Shown here: positions 49,942 through 63,560 of the stretch, piece by piece
Layout of the letters: every line of letters begins with the position of its first letter
Position numbering within the stretch: position 1 is the stretch's first letter
Assembly: GCF_006345805.1 (NCBI RefSeq)
Contig: NW_021835991.1
Span: forward strand, 124,001-188,000
Direction of reading: 5' to 3'
DNA from: Octopus sinensis
Lineage: Eukaryota
Length of the DNA: 64,000 nt
The notes under the pieces: generated by a model
Database searches by the model: none
Seen by the model: only the letters and a program-made list of their open reading frames with translations
Told to the model about the DNA's origin: nothing
Translations under genes and position numbers: made by a program

Positions 49942-50640
49942 CAGCGTTTCCCAAAGTTGGTGCCGCGGGCAAGTACTCGGAGTGGCGCGAAAAATTATTT
50001 TATTATTTAAGTAATTTTATTTAGACAAAATAAATAGATTCTCAACAAATAACGGCCTTGTCGATATCTATAGTTTTATCGTTATTTTTTAGTATTTTTG
50101 TAGATTTATTATATTCGAATTAATGAATAACAAAACTTTTAATGAAAATAACTCCAAAGACAATCATTCAAATGTATAAAAAATTACAATTTACAATAAA
50201 GAAACTAAAATACCTGGACGAATATCTGTTATATGGATTTGCAAAGTGTGGTGAACAGCCTTTACCGAAAGCTGAATGTATGTTTTGGCACAAAATATTA
50301 TGCAACGCTTTTCATGTTCTTTCTAAACTTTTATGTCACTTGAATTCTTACCATCCTCAATACAAAGATAAAGTCTGCCAATTTTTTGAAAAATTGACCA
50401 CTTTTACATGTTCTAATAAGATAATGATCTTTTTGATGATGATTCCGAAAAGATTGACTTAATATCGTTTTCCAATAACACGAATAGCAGGAAAATACTT
50501 TATATGGATTCTCTGACAAATCTGCCAAAAATTTCGAAAAAGTTTTTAACAAATATTTATTTAAAATATTATTTAGAGGTGCCGAGGATAAAGTCAACAT
50601 TTTTAGGGGTATCGCGAAAGAAAGAGTTTGGGAAACCCTG
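49942..50640 (+). mobile_element. Internally deleted hAT (Charlie-like) element
   Basis: CAGCGTTTCCCAAA...TTTGGGAAACCCTG TIRs and a diverged 8-bp TSD (GTCTATAG/GCCCATAG). BED-like YLLYGF..AECMFWHKIL..HLNSYHP. Confidence 0.7.
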
Positions 50641-50719
50641 GCCCATAGCCTCATCGAAAATATTATAAAATGTTTATATCGCCAAACAAAATTAAAATTT
50701 GACACACAGTGGGGGCGTG

Positions 50720-51070
50720 GGAAGTTCCAGAGGCGGATTTAAGCTTTGAAATAATAGTTAGGGACCTCTCCATTATAGGATCTAGTTAGCAGAAAAAATA
50801 GTGAAGAGTAGGAACAAGACATTGTACTAATTGAGTCACACTGGCCTGATAAATTGTAGACAAAAAGCTTAACAAATACTCTTTCAAGTTTTACTGCGTT
50901 GAAAGCTCAAGTGTATTTCTAGCCATTCCAAATGAATGTTGTTTGGAATCATAGCAACGGTGGACTAATAAAAGTGAGATGGGGGTATACTTTTTTGGAT
51001 TTCTTTCTTTTTTTCACGTTTGTATACCTTGGGGTTTCGTTTACAAAAATATAAAATAAATTTTTTGTAA
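50720..51070. repeat. About 350-bp dispersed repeat, with a second copy at about 55640-56097
   Basis: Long shared blocks. The second copy has an insert of about 125 bp flanked by CATTTCAAAT direct repeats. Confidence 0.75.
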
Positions 51071-51098
51071 ATTGAAAAATTTTATTACTTTTTTTTGA

Positions 51099-53320
51099 CA
51101 CATACCTATTCTTGTTCGACAAGACTCTCCTCCAATATCTCCTGCCCCAAGACGTGTTCCTCCAATGCTGTGTCCCCAGTCATTGAGGGACTCCTTTCTC
51201 CAAAGGAAAGTTCATTTGACTATTTATAGAAGCAACAATTGACCCCTCTTCATCGACAACCTGTTAAAAGAAGATAAGTCACTCGACATAGTCACTCAAT
51301 TTGAGAACATGCGGAAGTGCCCGACTCATATCTGTTCTGGGATTCATTGCCAACGCCACTGTTCTAAATTACGGTTCAGTTTCCGTGTTGCGACAGCAGA
51401 CGCGATTCCCGACCGAGACATGCTTGAGAAACAACTTTCTGTGTTCCTTCTCGAAAATGCCTCTACTTACATTAACATCGCCAAGTATTTCAGGATCTGG
51501 AATGGTGTCTACAATGTCTCCGTTAAGCCCTCCACAATGCTCAAGGACATTGCTGACTACCGCGAACCAGACTTTTGTTTCCACGTTGAAGAAACTATCT
51601 CCGGACATTATTCACTCAAAGGCAAATGGGCATTGTCTCAAATTAACGAGAGTTGGCCCTCAAATTATTCAACGGGGAATATTCGTGCTGAACAAAGATC
51701 AATTCCGAGATTTACAACACAATGTACTACGAATACCAACGTAGGTGATCCCTTGCTCTATTCGTAGAGTCAAGAAAATGTCCAAAACTGTTCACGACGT
51801 CCAGATTTGGTTGTCCAAATCCTTCAACCCAGACAAAACGAACTTTGAGGCAATCGCCCCACTGGTTCAGCCTCATTCTGTCCAGTCTTGTGGTTGGGCC
51901 ACTGCCCCATTTTCAGCTGGACGGGGGAGGAATTTCCCCAATTGGTGGCCACGTGCTGTCGACTGACATTCTTCAAATATGTCATGTCTGAGGGTCTGTC
52001 TCCAAATGTCCTCGTTGTAAATGTCATACTCACGTCCAGTCCTTGTTGGTTTCAGAATCCAACCTGCTAACCCATTTCCTCAAAATTTCCGCCATTCTGC
52101 AACCCCTCTTGTTTGGAGTGGAAGCAAACCTTTCACAACTGACTCGATTAGCGATATTTGTAATATTCTGGGTATTTCCATTTCTGAGATGAGACGGGAC
52201 ATTGCTCGACTGTTTGCGGAATGCACATTCAGCACACATTCGGAGGTATTTCTTTATTTGGTCATTCGGTCAGCAGGCTAATCTCCTCAATGTCGTCCCG
52301 GATCCTGCTCTCGTTTCCTTGCCGGTCCACCTCGTGGAGTTTTATGACCTCATTGCAGACAGGGTGTGCTGGCATGACTCTTAGTAGACAGAATAACTTG
52401 AGTTATCCAATAAAATGTATTTTATTCATTCATCAGAATCATTACGAATTGTATGAAGTCTACTCCGGCCGACCATATGAATCAGGAAACCAACATGATT
52501 AAACTTGCAGACCATTTCGACATCTGTGGAACCCTCAGCGAGTATGATCAAAAACCACCCAAGTCACAATCTCACGACAACACCAACCCCTGACAGAAAC
52601 ATCAAAAACACTTTACTACTGCCGTATTCTGAACTCATTCTCTAACAAAAAATCATCTGAAATAAAAAAACTAATAACTAAATCCTTCTTGAACGCAATA
52701 ACCGCCAACAATATTCTCCAAAAAATAAACACAGCTGAAAAAGATCTCATCCGCAAAGATCGGGTCGAGCTCGCAAGATTTTGCTGTTGGCATCATTCAC
52801 TTTGCTACTACGAACATGTCCTTGAAATTACTGAACAACGTGGGAGCAATGTCGAGAGAGTGCTGTCTCCGATTTGTTTCGTAATTCCACTCTCTATTGG
52901 GGATTGTCGGGCAAACTGACATTCAGACAAACTCACTGGTGTGGGCACTCATAAACCTGATAAACCTCATCGACCACTTCGAGAGTGCCGTCCTCTTCTT
53001 CCTCTCTTTCGAGCACAAGGAGGGATATTACATTCCCCTCCTGACACATTTCCAGGGTATCTTTCTGTCCATTCCACAGAACACCACTGAGATGATCACC
53101 TCTTTCAATCCTTTCCCAACAATGCCCATATCTTCTTCACCAGACCCGTCTTTCACTCTCTCGGCACATACCTATTCTTGTTCGACAAGACTCTCCTCCA
53201 ATATCCCCTGCCTCACGACGTGTTCCTCCAATGCGCGGGTGCTGTGTCCTCAGTCATTGAGAGACTCCTTTCTCCAAAGGCAAATTCATTCGACCATTTA
53301 TAGAAGCAACAATTGACCCC
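51099..53320 (+). repeat. About 150-bp direct repeats (51099-51246 and 53165-53320) flanking an unassigned ORF region and a LINE C-terminal remnant
   Basis: CATACCTATTCTTGTTCGACAAGACTCTCCTCC...TATAGAAGCAACAATTGACCCC occurs twice. The inside contains KDLIRKDRVELARF, similar to ESSLSREARVNLARL at about 24900. Confidence 0.7.
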
Positions 53321-53459
53321 CTTGCTATAGACCTTTCCATGAAATTCTCAAATGCTGAAAAATCTGGATCCCAAAGTTTTTAAAATTTTTCAAAAATTAG
53401 GAAATGAAAAAGTTGCTCTGTCTGGACCTACGATTAACAAAATTAGATCCATGGTCGCA

Positions 53460-53975
53460 TCTAAAATATCAATCATATCGTCTAATGTTTGGCTTAAAGA
53501 TTTATGAAGCGACACAATTTAGATTACAAAACATTGGACGCTAAAGTTGTCCTTTATGATAAAAAAAATATTTTTAAATGCGACGAAACTGTACTCTATT
53601 TCAAATATACAACAACTAAGTCATTTGTGCAGCACGGAGAATATTCGTTCTGTTTTAAGCAACACAAAGAAAGGGTTAGTCTGCTTCTCTGCTGCAGCTA
53701 TCTTGGATATAAACTTTCCATTAGTTATAGGCAAATATAAAAACACTCGATGCTGAAAACAATTTAATTTTGATGTTTTTAACGTCATGCATTCTTTTAG
53801 AAATTTGTGGATGACAATTGACATTTTTAAATCCTGGATCTTAAAAATAAATTTAATAATGCTTTCAGAAGAAAAAAATATATTAATGTTGTTGGATAAT
53901 GCTAGTCCACATCTATTAGTTGATTTTTCAAACGTTAAATTTTTTTACTTACCTAAAAATACAACACATTAATCT
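53460..53975 (+). pseudogene. pogo/Tigger DDE_1 remnant
   Basis: FKCDETVLYFK..KERVSLLLCCS..LLDNASPH..FYLPKNTT. Confidence 0.7.
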
Positions 53976-55111
53976 AGCCTTGGATATGAGGATAATTAAA
54001 AGATTCAAAATAAATTAAAGCAATTTACTTATTAAATTCCTTTTCCTTTATGAATGAATTAATTAATTATTCACGAATGGTGGCTAGTTGACCCTGATTT
54101 TGATATTAATTAAATTGTATCAAATTTCGCAATCAATATCAAATTTCGCACATGAAATTAGTTTTTTTCCATCAAAAATTTTCTAATAAAATGGCATTTT
54201 TTTGACCTTTCAATTATTATTTTTTTGATTTTTTAAAACTGGACATCCGGATTCAATAAACTGACATAAATTGTGCCTTTTCATCACTTCAAAATTATGT
54301 TTTGTGTGAATTTCCAAATTAAGCACATCATGATTTTCCGCTAGAAATAAAATACATTTATAAACCAAAAATTATCTCAACTTTAGCATTTATCTCTTCA
54401 TTTCTGAAAGCATTGCATGATTCATTATTACAATTTGAGACATCAATATATGTTATATTTGCAGTTTCCCCACAATATTCGAACGACATTGGAGCAGTTA
54501 AAATATTTAAAAATACCACAGGAATTAATACTAACATTTTATTCCTAGCTAAGTTGTCCTAATTAATTAGTTAAATATCTATTCCCAACGACGAGGTTAT
54601 CCTAATTATAACAAATTAAACATATTCTAATTTAAAATAAATTAAAAATATTAATAACCCACGCGTCATTTTTATAAAATAATTCACCTTGAGTTCAATC
54701 ACGACAAATACTGATAATAACACATTTTATTGACCTGTACAGTCCAGTCTGACACAGAATACTTTTGTAATATCATCTCAATCTAAATATACATAACATA
54801 CTATACCCGACCAGTAACACTAATCACTATACTCATTTCCCACAGTCACCCGAACTTTGGCATGATTGGAGGAGACTAGTCTCAGCCAAATCTGCACAGT
54901 TGGGGGGGATTACTCAATACACCTTCAACAGTCAAAATCTAAAAATAAACACAGAATTCACTATTTCTTAACATGAGCACTTTCTGTGTATCCTTAATAG
55001 GTTAATATTGATGTTGATATTTTTTAATCGTTTTTTATTGAAGAAAAAGGCACTATTATAAGGCACTTGCGGTTGCATGTATGATGGAGAGTGCATTGAC
55101 ACGAATAATAG

Positions 55112-55360
55112 TCATTCCAATATTTTGGAACAACCATGACACTTACCGAGGCTCCCCACTTCGCACAGCAACTTTTGATCGCACTTTTTTGATAAAAAAG
55201 TCATTAGAGGGCCGGTTACCCTCGATGTTTCCACAGCGATAAAAATGAAACGATAACGTTGTCCAAGATTTGCATATTTGGCAATTTTTCTTTGTTCTGC
55301 AGCATCTGCTGCTAACGATTTGACGAAGATATGTTGCTTGATCACAAAAAATTTCCTGCA
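55112..55360 (-). pseudogene. CRE 3' fragment
   Basis: AAEQRKIAKYANLGQRYRFIFIAVETS. Confidence 0.65.
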
Positions 55361-56105
55361 TAGTGGATCCAGAAAATTATGATGGATTTCAACAAGATGT
55401 ACTCTTTATTATTTTAAAAACATCCTGCTACATGCCATTAGGTTAGCATAATTTTTTAACGTAATATTATTTTATACCGACATATTCTGTCACAATATTT
55501 TATCTCGCGACATATCAACATCGTTTATTGTCAAAATATTAGCTCCTTTGAAATTCTTTTTATTTGATGGAAAATTTTATTAATTTTTTTCTCAGCATTC
55601 CATATTTTTGAATACTTATTAATTATTCATTCTGGGTCCCTGGAAAGTTCCATAGACGAATCTAAGCTGTGAAACAATAGTTAGGGATCCAGTAAGGTGA
55701 AAAAATAGTGAAGAGTAGGAACAAGAAATTGTACTTATTGAGTCACAGTGGCCTGATAAATCGCAGACAAAAGGCTTAACAAATACTCTTTAAAGTTTTA
55801 TTGCGTTGAGAGTTCGACTGTATTCTCTCGTCATTTCAAATCCGTGACAACTGTTTCGCAATCCCTGAGACTGTGAGGGCGTCCTAAACTGCAATCATTG
55901 ATCGATCGTTTTTTGTAAATATCATTTAATTGATGTAGCATGTTTCTAGTGGGACATTTCAAATAAATGTTGTTTGAAATCATAGCCACGGTGAACTGAT
56001 AAAAGTGAGATAAAGGAATATTTTTTTGGACATCTTTTTTCACGTTTGTACACCTTGGGGTTTCGTTCACAAAAATATAAAATAAATTTTTTGTATTAAT
56101 AAGAG

Positions 56106-57077
56106 TTAATATTGAGTTAGCTTTGGTTCAATTTGAGGAATTGTTTTCTCAAAATGCTCTACGTCGGCATGCCAATCAACTCCACTAAGAGAGAATATAT
56201 TCGAGAATCTATGATCCCAGAGGACCTCAGTTGAATGGTAAGAAGTCCGTGATTTCACGGAATAACCAGACGATTCACTGACTCCTGTCACTGTGACGAT
56301 AATCTCACATCCATCAGCAATGAACTTTGATTGGTCGTATTTGTAAAGAGGGCTGTTTTCGTCTATCATGTGAGAGACCGTTATTGGCCAGCCAGAGTCA
56401 GGAGAATTTGAATCAAAATTGGTTGCAAGACGTTTAGAGTGAAAAGGAATCATTTCCCCTTCGGCAGTAATTCGAGAACAAATGAGACACATTTTAACAT
56501 TAGAAGCTATAATTTGAGACTTTTGGATATTAAGAATTCGACAAATAAAATATTTTGATTGATTCCTTTTACAAACAACCGCATTTTTTGTAAAAATCCA
56601 AGTTTTTTGCCTTGAAAGCGGATTGGATATTTTTTTGAATGCAAGTCCAAAAGCCAAAGATTCCAAACAAATTCCAATCAGTGTTTGCAATAAGAGAACT
56701 ATGCCTGAAAGAGGACAGTTTGAACTAACAAACATATGGCCGTATCCAACAGTGCTTTGTGTTGCCATTGAAAAAACCATTGCTCCTAAAAAAGTGTTTA
56801 AATTATGAACACATTCCGTTTCACTGTATAAAAACAGAATGTACCAGATCAGTGCAAACACAACAGAACTAAGTAAATATATAAAAATGATGAAAATAAA
56901 TAATGGTATCCAATTCAGTAAGAGCAGAGATGTCAAAAAATCGGAAATAACACGTTTTTTTATTAAACCGGAAATTCTACATTTAATTTTTCCGTTTTTT
57001 TCAACTAATCGGGAGTTCGTTCTGGCCCACTTTTTGGATGAACTTTGGTGGGAAGAAGGAGCTTCCCCCACATTCAT
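56106..57077 (-). CDS. Inward-rectifier K+ channel (Kir family), intronless, Kir7-like pore
   Basis: RLVEKNG, slide helix DFLTSLL..W, M1, ECV, FSMATQSTVGYGHMF..NCP, M2 with E, cytoplasmic GWPITVSHMIDENSPLY, EIIVTVTG, SRTSY..EVLWDHRF. Confidence 0.93.
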   Translation of the reverse strand: MNVGEAPSSHQSSSKKWARTNSRLVEKNGKIKCRISGLIKKRVISDFLTSLLLLNWIPLFIFIIFIYLLSSVVFALIWYILFLYSETECVHNLNTFLGAMVFSMATQSTVGYGHMFVSSNCPLSGIVLLLQTLIGICLESLAFGLAFKKISNPLSRQKTWIFTKNAVVCKRNQSKYFICRILNIQKSQIIASNVKMCLICSRITAEGEMIPFHSKRLATNFDSNSPDSGWPITVSHMIDENSPLYKYDQSKFIADGCEIIVTVTGVSESSGYSVKSRTSYHSTEVLWDHRFSNIFSLSGVDWHADVEHFEKTIPQIEPKLTQY

Positions 57078-57980
57078 GTAAACTGACGAGTCTGTTTCAT
57101 TTGAATCCTGATCAACGTAAGACAGATAATAAAAATACTTTGCATGGAAAAAGTAACTCTGTTGAACTGGACATAAATTATGTTAAATTTTTATATTTGA
57201 CCTTATTTTTTAAAAAATTCTTGAATAAAAATAAATTAAATTTAAAGGGAATTTATTCTATTTTGGTCATTATCCTGCTATATTATGTTTATTCGGTACT
57301 TCCATTAATATTATCATTTTAGTACTTTTCATAAGGATTACATAAAAATTACTATTAAAACCCACGTACGTGGATTTTTCTATGATGTCAAAAGTCTTAC
57401 ATATTCCTACAACCTTTTTGCCTCAAATATTCTGTCCTTCTTTCATACGGGGTTGCCATAAATGTTTTTAGCTTGTTCAATATTTGGTGTAAAAAATATT
57501 ACTCAGCAGAATAAATGGACAATGTAAACTTTCGAAAACTTTAAAAATGATAATTCTTAATTTACAGACTTTATTTTTCGACTACGGTTTTGCATTCGTA
57601 GTTTTATTTTTGGTAAATGAGTAGCTTTGATATAATTTATTGAAATTATATACTGGTTGTCTTAGGCCTGATTTTCCGAGCATTTGTTTACTTAATTACA
57701 CGAAAATGGCCTGTTCCTGATACTACTAGGAAATTGTTGGAATAATCTCTTTCCTAATTCTCAATGTGTACTCCAGTTCAAGCTATTGTCATTTTTTAGA
57801 AGGTCATTTGCTTGACTGATGCAGGAGTCAATTATCTAATTTTTCTTAATAAAAATGTTCTGTCCAGGTTACAGCCACGAAATAAACTCTCTAATAAACG
57901 GGAAAAAAACATTCTGCCGAGTCTTGAAAAAGAAATAGCCAAAAGAATAGCCAAAATCCACTCATATATAATTGCTTCTT

Positions 57981-60260
57981 TGAATGAATGAATGAATGAA
58001 TTTTTATTAACGGAAAAGCCGAAAAAAGAGGGAGAAAGTTAATGAGACAACGTATGCCTCTTCTTAGTTGTTTCCCTCTTTTTTTTTTTTTTTTAATATT
58101 TAATTCGAGAAGAAAAGGCTCTCTCAAGAACACTTCCAACCGTTTCCGTCGCGTCTTCCATCACTTGAGGGATGGGTTGGTCCAACTGGAGTCCATTTGC
58201 CAATTTGATGGCATATCGCCTCGTCTTTTCGAGCTTAGCGATAATGCCATCCCTTTCAGCAGTAGGATACCATCCCTCGAACCCGTAGGTAAGCAATGGT
58301 TCGACGCACGTTTTATAAACATATAAAAACGTTTCCGGGGAAAGGTGGAAGTGAATTATGCTCCTGAGAATTTGAGCGCATTTCCTTCTCCTCGAGTCGA
58401 TGTATCTGAAGTAAGAACCCTTGGATCCAACTTCAACCCCAAGGTATTTCAGGTTCTCCGTTACTGTAAACCCATAGAGGTTTCTCGGCGGTTTTCGTTT
58501 TGCTCCCTGTTTTGCAATCCAAGTGGCGGTGCACTTTTCTTTTGCAAGCGTCAGTCCTTTTGATATGCACCATTCTTCCACTCTTGTCACGTATCCTTTT
58601 AACTTCCTCCACGAGATGTCTTTTCTCCACAAAGCATCCGTTATTAATATGTCGTCCGCGTAGATCATGAGACGACTGGTAGGATCTTTCGGTTTTGGAA
58701 TATCAGCAACGTAAATATTAAAAAGCAGGGGGCTCAAGACCGAGCCTTGAGGTACCCCTCTTTTGAGATCGACAGATTCCGACAAACGGTTTCCGCATCG
58801 TATGTATGACCTTCTCATTGATAAATAGCTCTTCAGCCAATTGACCGTTTTAGACCCGGGTTTGCTCTTGGCGACACTTTCCAAGAGGCCCAGGTGCCAT
58901 ACGCTGTCAAAAGCTTTTGAGACATCGAGGCAGATAGCAATAGTCGCTGTATTATTAGCAAGACTAAGCGAGATGACTTTCTCGAGTTCTCCGAAACAAT
59001 CACCACAGGATCTTTTTCGTCGGAATCCCCACTGCTCTACTGCAAGTGCACCTGATTCCTCTACGAAGTTCGAAAGTCTTGTGAAGACAATCCGTTCCAT
59101 AATTTTAGAGACGGAGCATATTAGGCTTATCGGCCTATAGTTCTCTGCATGGTCCTTTATTTTTCCAGGCTTTGGAATCATACGTACGATTGACTTTTTC
59201 CAAGAGTCCGGTACGTATCCAAGTCTCCAGCTTGCATTGTATAGTGCGGTCAAGTATCGTAGGAGAATATTTGGAGCATGTTTGAATACAGAAATTGGAA
59301 TGTAGTCATGGCCGGGTGCATTATTCTTGCAGCTCATAATTGCGGCATACGTTTCTTCCAACGTTATGTCTCTGCACAGTGGTCCCGTATGACTCAAATT
59401 AGCTCTTAGACTTCTCTGAGCCTCACATATAACTTCTTTCGGAACCATGTCGATCGGATCCACCTCTTGAACTTTTGCCAGTTGACTTCGCAGATGTGAG
59501 GGAACTTCATCGAGCGGGATATCTATTCCTTCAGTTGTTTTTAGTCGGATCTCTTCTCCTTTGTTCTCCATATTACTCAGTCTGTTGAAAACCTTCCAAA
59601 AATGAGGGTTTTTCTTATTCAGTTTCGAGCATTGACTCTTCCAAGCAAGGTCTGAATGTTTTTTTGCGACATCATTTATCTCTATTTTCACGGTACGAAT
59701 CTTATCCCGAAGACGAATACGATCTATGGGGTCACTGCATCGTCTTAGCTTCTTTTCAAGGTTTCCCTTCCATTTTATAAGTTTTCCCAAAGATTCGTCA
59801 ATCCGGGTTTTTCTGTTAGTATTTGACATGATGTATTTCCTGATTGAAGATTTTCGGAGAAAGTCCAGTATAGCTTCTCTGAGAATTTTATCAAGTTTTT
59901 CAATTTGTATATTCGAAGAGATGTTTTGTATTGGATACGGTGTCAAATGCTTTTTCATTGATACCTCAAGGTCCGACCAGATTGTCCGAGACGTATCGTA
60001 TCCGATAAACAGATCTTCGCATATCGTAGATGATGTTCGCATACACAAGGATTGAGGTAGGTGATCACTACCAATGTTTATCTCAATCCTTGGTATGCTG
60101 CATTGATGAACAAGATCTGCCGATACGAGGAAAACTCCAATACAATCCTCTCCATAACAAGAGAAGTGGTTTGGTTCTCGTGAGGTCAAAACACTAAAAC
60201 CGCAGTTCTCCGATAATCTGAGGAGTATATTACCGTCCGAATTTGTGTTGGCACATCGTA
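57981..60260 (-). mobile_element. 5'-truncated LINE related to 4391-8385; ORF 58093-60260 is open (partial APE + RT)
   Basis: SDHLP, YRPISL, EQWGFR, LDVSKAFD, GVPQGSVLSPLLF, YADD, LKYLG. The 3' end is AATAAA followed by (TTCA)5. Confidence 0.92.
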
Positions 60261-60872
60261 TTTTTTAATAAAAAATCAGTTAATTTTAATCGAGTGTTTT
60301 GTTTTTTTTGCATAAAATTAAAAGTCTTTTTCTACAAAATGAATTCCCTCAGGGATCTCTCCTATCCTCGGTTGTGGTCGAAATATTAATGTACAATATA
60401 TCACATCCCCATTACGATGATTGTCCAAACCTCTATTATGTTAAAAACAGGGACAAACATCATGTGGGTCTTTTCCTCCCACGAAACCACTTTTCCGCCC
60501 CTAAGATCCTATACACATTAAGATGCCCACCCTGTTTGCACAGAGGTGATTTTCTTTCCGATTTTGACAATATTTTATAGTTCGATAGGAACTCATCTTG
60601 CAATCTAGCCTTCGAAGATTCGGCCTGGACTCATACATCCCTACCTCAGCGCTGGGGCGTCCTTGGCATGAGATCCTATTCCGATCTGGCCTTTCCTGCT
60701 TTTTTATCAACTCACTCTGGTTTACGTATTCTTTCAGACATCGTTCAAGAAACCTTCCTGAATGGAAATTGTCTGAAGATTATTTTGCTGCTTGTGGCCG
60801 GTGGGAAGCTCGGTTTGGCTCGAGGCTGTCCGATTCTGCATCTATCCAGCGTCAGTAGGACAAATTCACATG

Positions 60873-61436
60873 TCAGTCAATATAAAAAGATTTGATTTCT
60901 ATCTTCAATAAACACAGACTTTTTTCTTCGGATGTTGAGAAACCTTGAGCTAAGATTCCTTCCCTTTTCTTTTTTAGTCGGTATAGCATTCCTTTAGAGA
61001 TGTTAAATCCTTCACAAATCATTTTGTCCTTATGACCCGACTGTATATCCTTGCAAATTCTGATCTTTTCACTTTGATTTAGTTTTCTAGGCATTGGCTT
61101 TCTAAAATTTATAAAATAACTTTAAAAATTGATAATTTCAATTTTTTACCAGGTTAATTAGCTAACTAACTAAGTTACCAGGTTAAATAAATTTTAAAAT
61201 TACTGATTACAAATTTGGAAAAACAGGTTACAATAAATAATAATAAATCAAAAATTATACAAATATATTAATGAATCGTTTATTAGAATATAAAATTTTT
61301 CCCCGGTAGGGGGTTTATTTCATTAAAAATCATCGTATTTTATAAAGATGGCAAAAATATTCCCCCAAAAGCAAAGTTTTCCCCAAAAAAGAGGGTTTCC
61401 CCGCTACTTGGTTTTCCCCAATTCGAGGTCGCACTG
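60873..61436 (-). pseudogene. Left end and N-terminal HTH of a pogo/Tigger element
   Basis: TA-CAGTGCGACCTCG end at 61436; MPRKLNQSEKIRICKDI..FNISKGMLYRLKK. Confidence 0.65.
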
Positions 61437-61897
61437 TATAACTATTAAAATTTTAAATGAAAATAAAAAAACCTGAAAATTGACGGGAATTAAAATTCCA
61501 AAAGTGCACAAAAATTCATTAAGAAATAAAATATTATTCAAAAATTGAGATTTCAATGTGTATAAAAAATTAACAAAAAATCTTAAAAATTATAGCTATT
61601 CACCTTTATATGTTTAGTCGAGACTAATACATTTGCCCATATTCTACTCTATTGTCTTTTCAAAACAATGTTATATAACATCTAATTTTCTGGAAAATTT
61701 CCACTGAAAAACACTTTCAACTGTAAAAATACGTATTAAATATTCACAGAATTCCGAAACTTATTTTTTACTGAAGAAAAAATCATTAAATGAGGATGTT
61801 AATAATTGGTTAAGAAATAAATCTAACATTGACAATATTTTTAGAAAAGTCACTGCATTGCCAATAAATATGAATTCAAAAATTGAAACAATTTAGA

Positions 61898-63560
61898 TCA
61901 GGGATTCTCAACATGACCCAGCTGGCCGGATGCAGGCCTCCATGATTTTTGTGCGGGCCGCTTAAAATTATAAAAAATATTACATGTTTTGCATAATGCA
62001 GGCGGATTTTAACTGTTTCTTCTTTCTGTCTGTTTGTATAATAAACTTTTGATGTAACAAAATTTTTACATATTTTAATTATTGTTTTTGAATTAAATAT
62101 TTTTTTATATTAAATTTTAATTATCATTGTTTTTGCTGTCTGGAAAACGTGTTAAAAGAAGTTATTATTAATAAAACATCAAGACCACGGTAAAACCGAT
62201 CAAAAGTCACGGATCTAGATGCACTCAACTAGGGACCTTATCCTCGCTTGATGATCTTAGTGACCGACCCCCATATGAGGTAGAAATCAGGTCGATTGGA
62301 TGCACACACGTGAAGAACTTGAGTATTTAATTCTGGTTTTCATTGTATGTCTAAAATCTTGAGACGAGCCGATCCAAGTTAGTTTGGAGTTTTTTAGAGG
62401 CCTTTTGGATGTCCTGATCCCATAAGGCCATTACGATGTCACCCTATATGAAACGACAACATCATTATTGTCGAGGGAGGTCACATGATCACATTACTAA
62501 GAATAACATTACCAATGAAAAAATCTCCATTATGTAAAACCCTTTCGAAAACAAATGATGTGCGGTGAGCGACGGTAGGAAGGTGACAAATGGAAACTTG
62601 GCGAACCAGATATTCCCCACCTCTCTTTGGATCCGGAAAGCTGTATTGAAGATTTGGAGGCTAATGCTGATCGGCACAGACAGTTCCTTCTTCCTTGGTT
62701 TCTTCATTCGATTAGTTATATGACTGTTTGTGCTGGGTTTGCTAAGCAAGCTTGTGGGTTAATAGATAAATTGTCGAGGAAGGGCGGAAGATCTTCAGAA
62801 AAAGGTTGAAAAGGGTCGGGATAAAAGGGATTCTTGTGGTACTCCGTTTGGCAGGAATCGAGACGTGGATTTCCGTCCTTCGAGTCAAAAGCTTTGTGGA
62901 TGTTTACATAGCTAAACACGGTCTTTTGGTGATTTGAATGAAATATTTTTTGTATTAAATTTCAATTAAAATTGCTTGTTCTGTCTTGAAAATGTGTTAA
63001 AAAAAGTAGAAAAATTCTTGATTTTTACTCTGAATTTTACTCTGAATGGAGGAAATTTTTTTGCAATTCACAATGAAAATATCCGAACTTGGTTGATAAT
63101 GCTCAAAAAATGCATTAGTCAAAGTATTCATGTGAACCTCTTTTCAGTAAACTTACGGGAATAAAAAGTAAGTATTGAAATCAATTGACTGGTGAACATT
63201 TAATTTAACGTACATCGTATTCGAACTCACTCTTAACAACAACAAGCCCTGCCGCAAGATGAGAACGAAATGTTGACATCTCGCTTGGGCCAGCCACATA
63301 AGATCAAGACAGAAAGAGAACATGTTATTAGGAAACTAACTAATCCAAAAGAAGACAATCCAAACGAAGACATGTGTCTCTGCTCCATCTGAACTTCACT
63401 CTTCGATTTGATAAAATATTAGACGCCAAACAAAATCAAGTCTCACATTGATTCTCTTATTACGTAATAAAGCCTTTTTTCTTTAATAAATAAAATCTTT
63501 TTTGTGCGGCCCGGAAATATACTCTTTCTTGTCAATTTGACCCTTAAGCAATTTGGCCCT
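61898..63560. mobile_element. Possible hAT-type non-autonomous element containing decayed coding-like DNA
   Basis: CAGGGATTCTCAAC..GGCCG left end and GCGGCCCGG..GGCCC right subterminal motifs. The interior was not reliably assigned. Confidence 0.35.

Noticed and set aside
60299-60420. PQGSLLSS as a separate (Penelope-like) RT
   Set aside because: A single short motif with no YxDD or GIY-YIG nearby; insufficient evidence.
62150-62950. Gypsy RNase H/integrase remnant
   Set aside because: Only faint similarity across broken frames; cannot be supported without a profile search.
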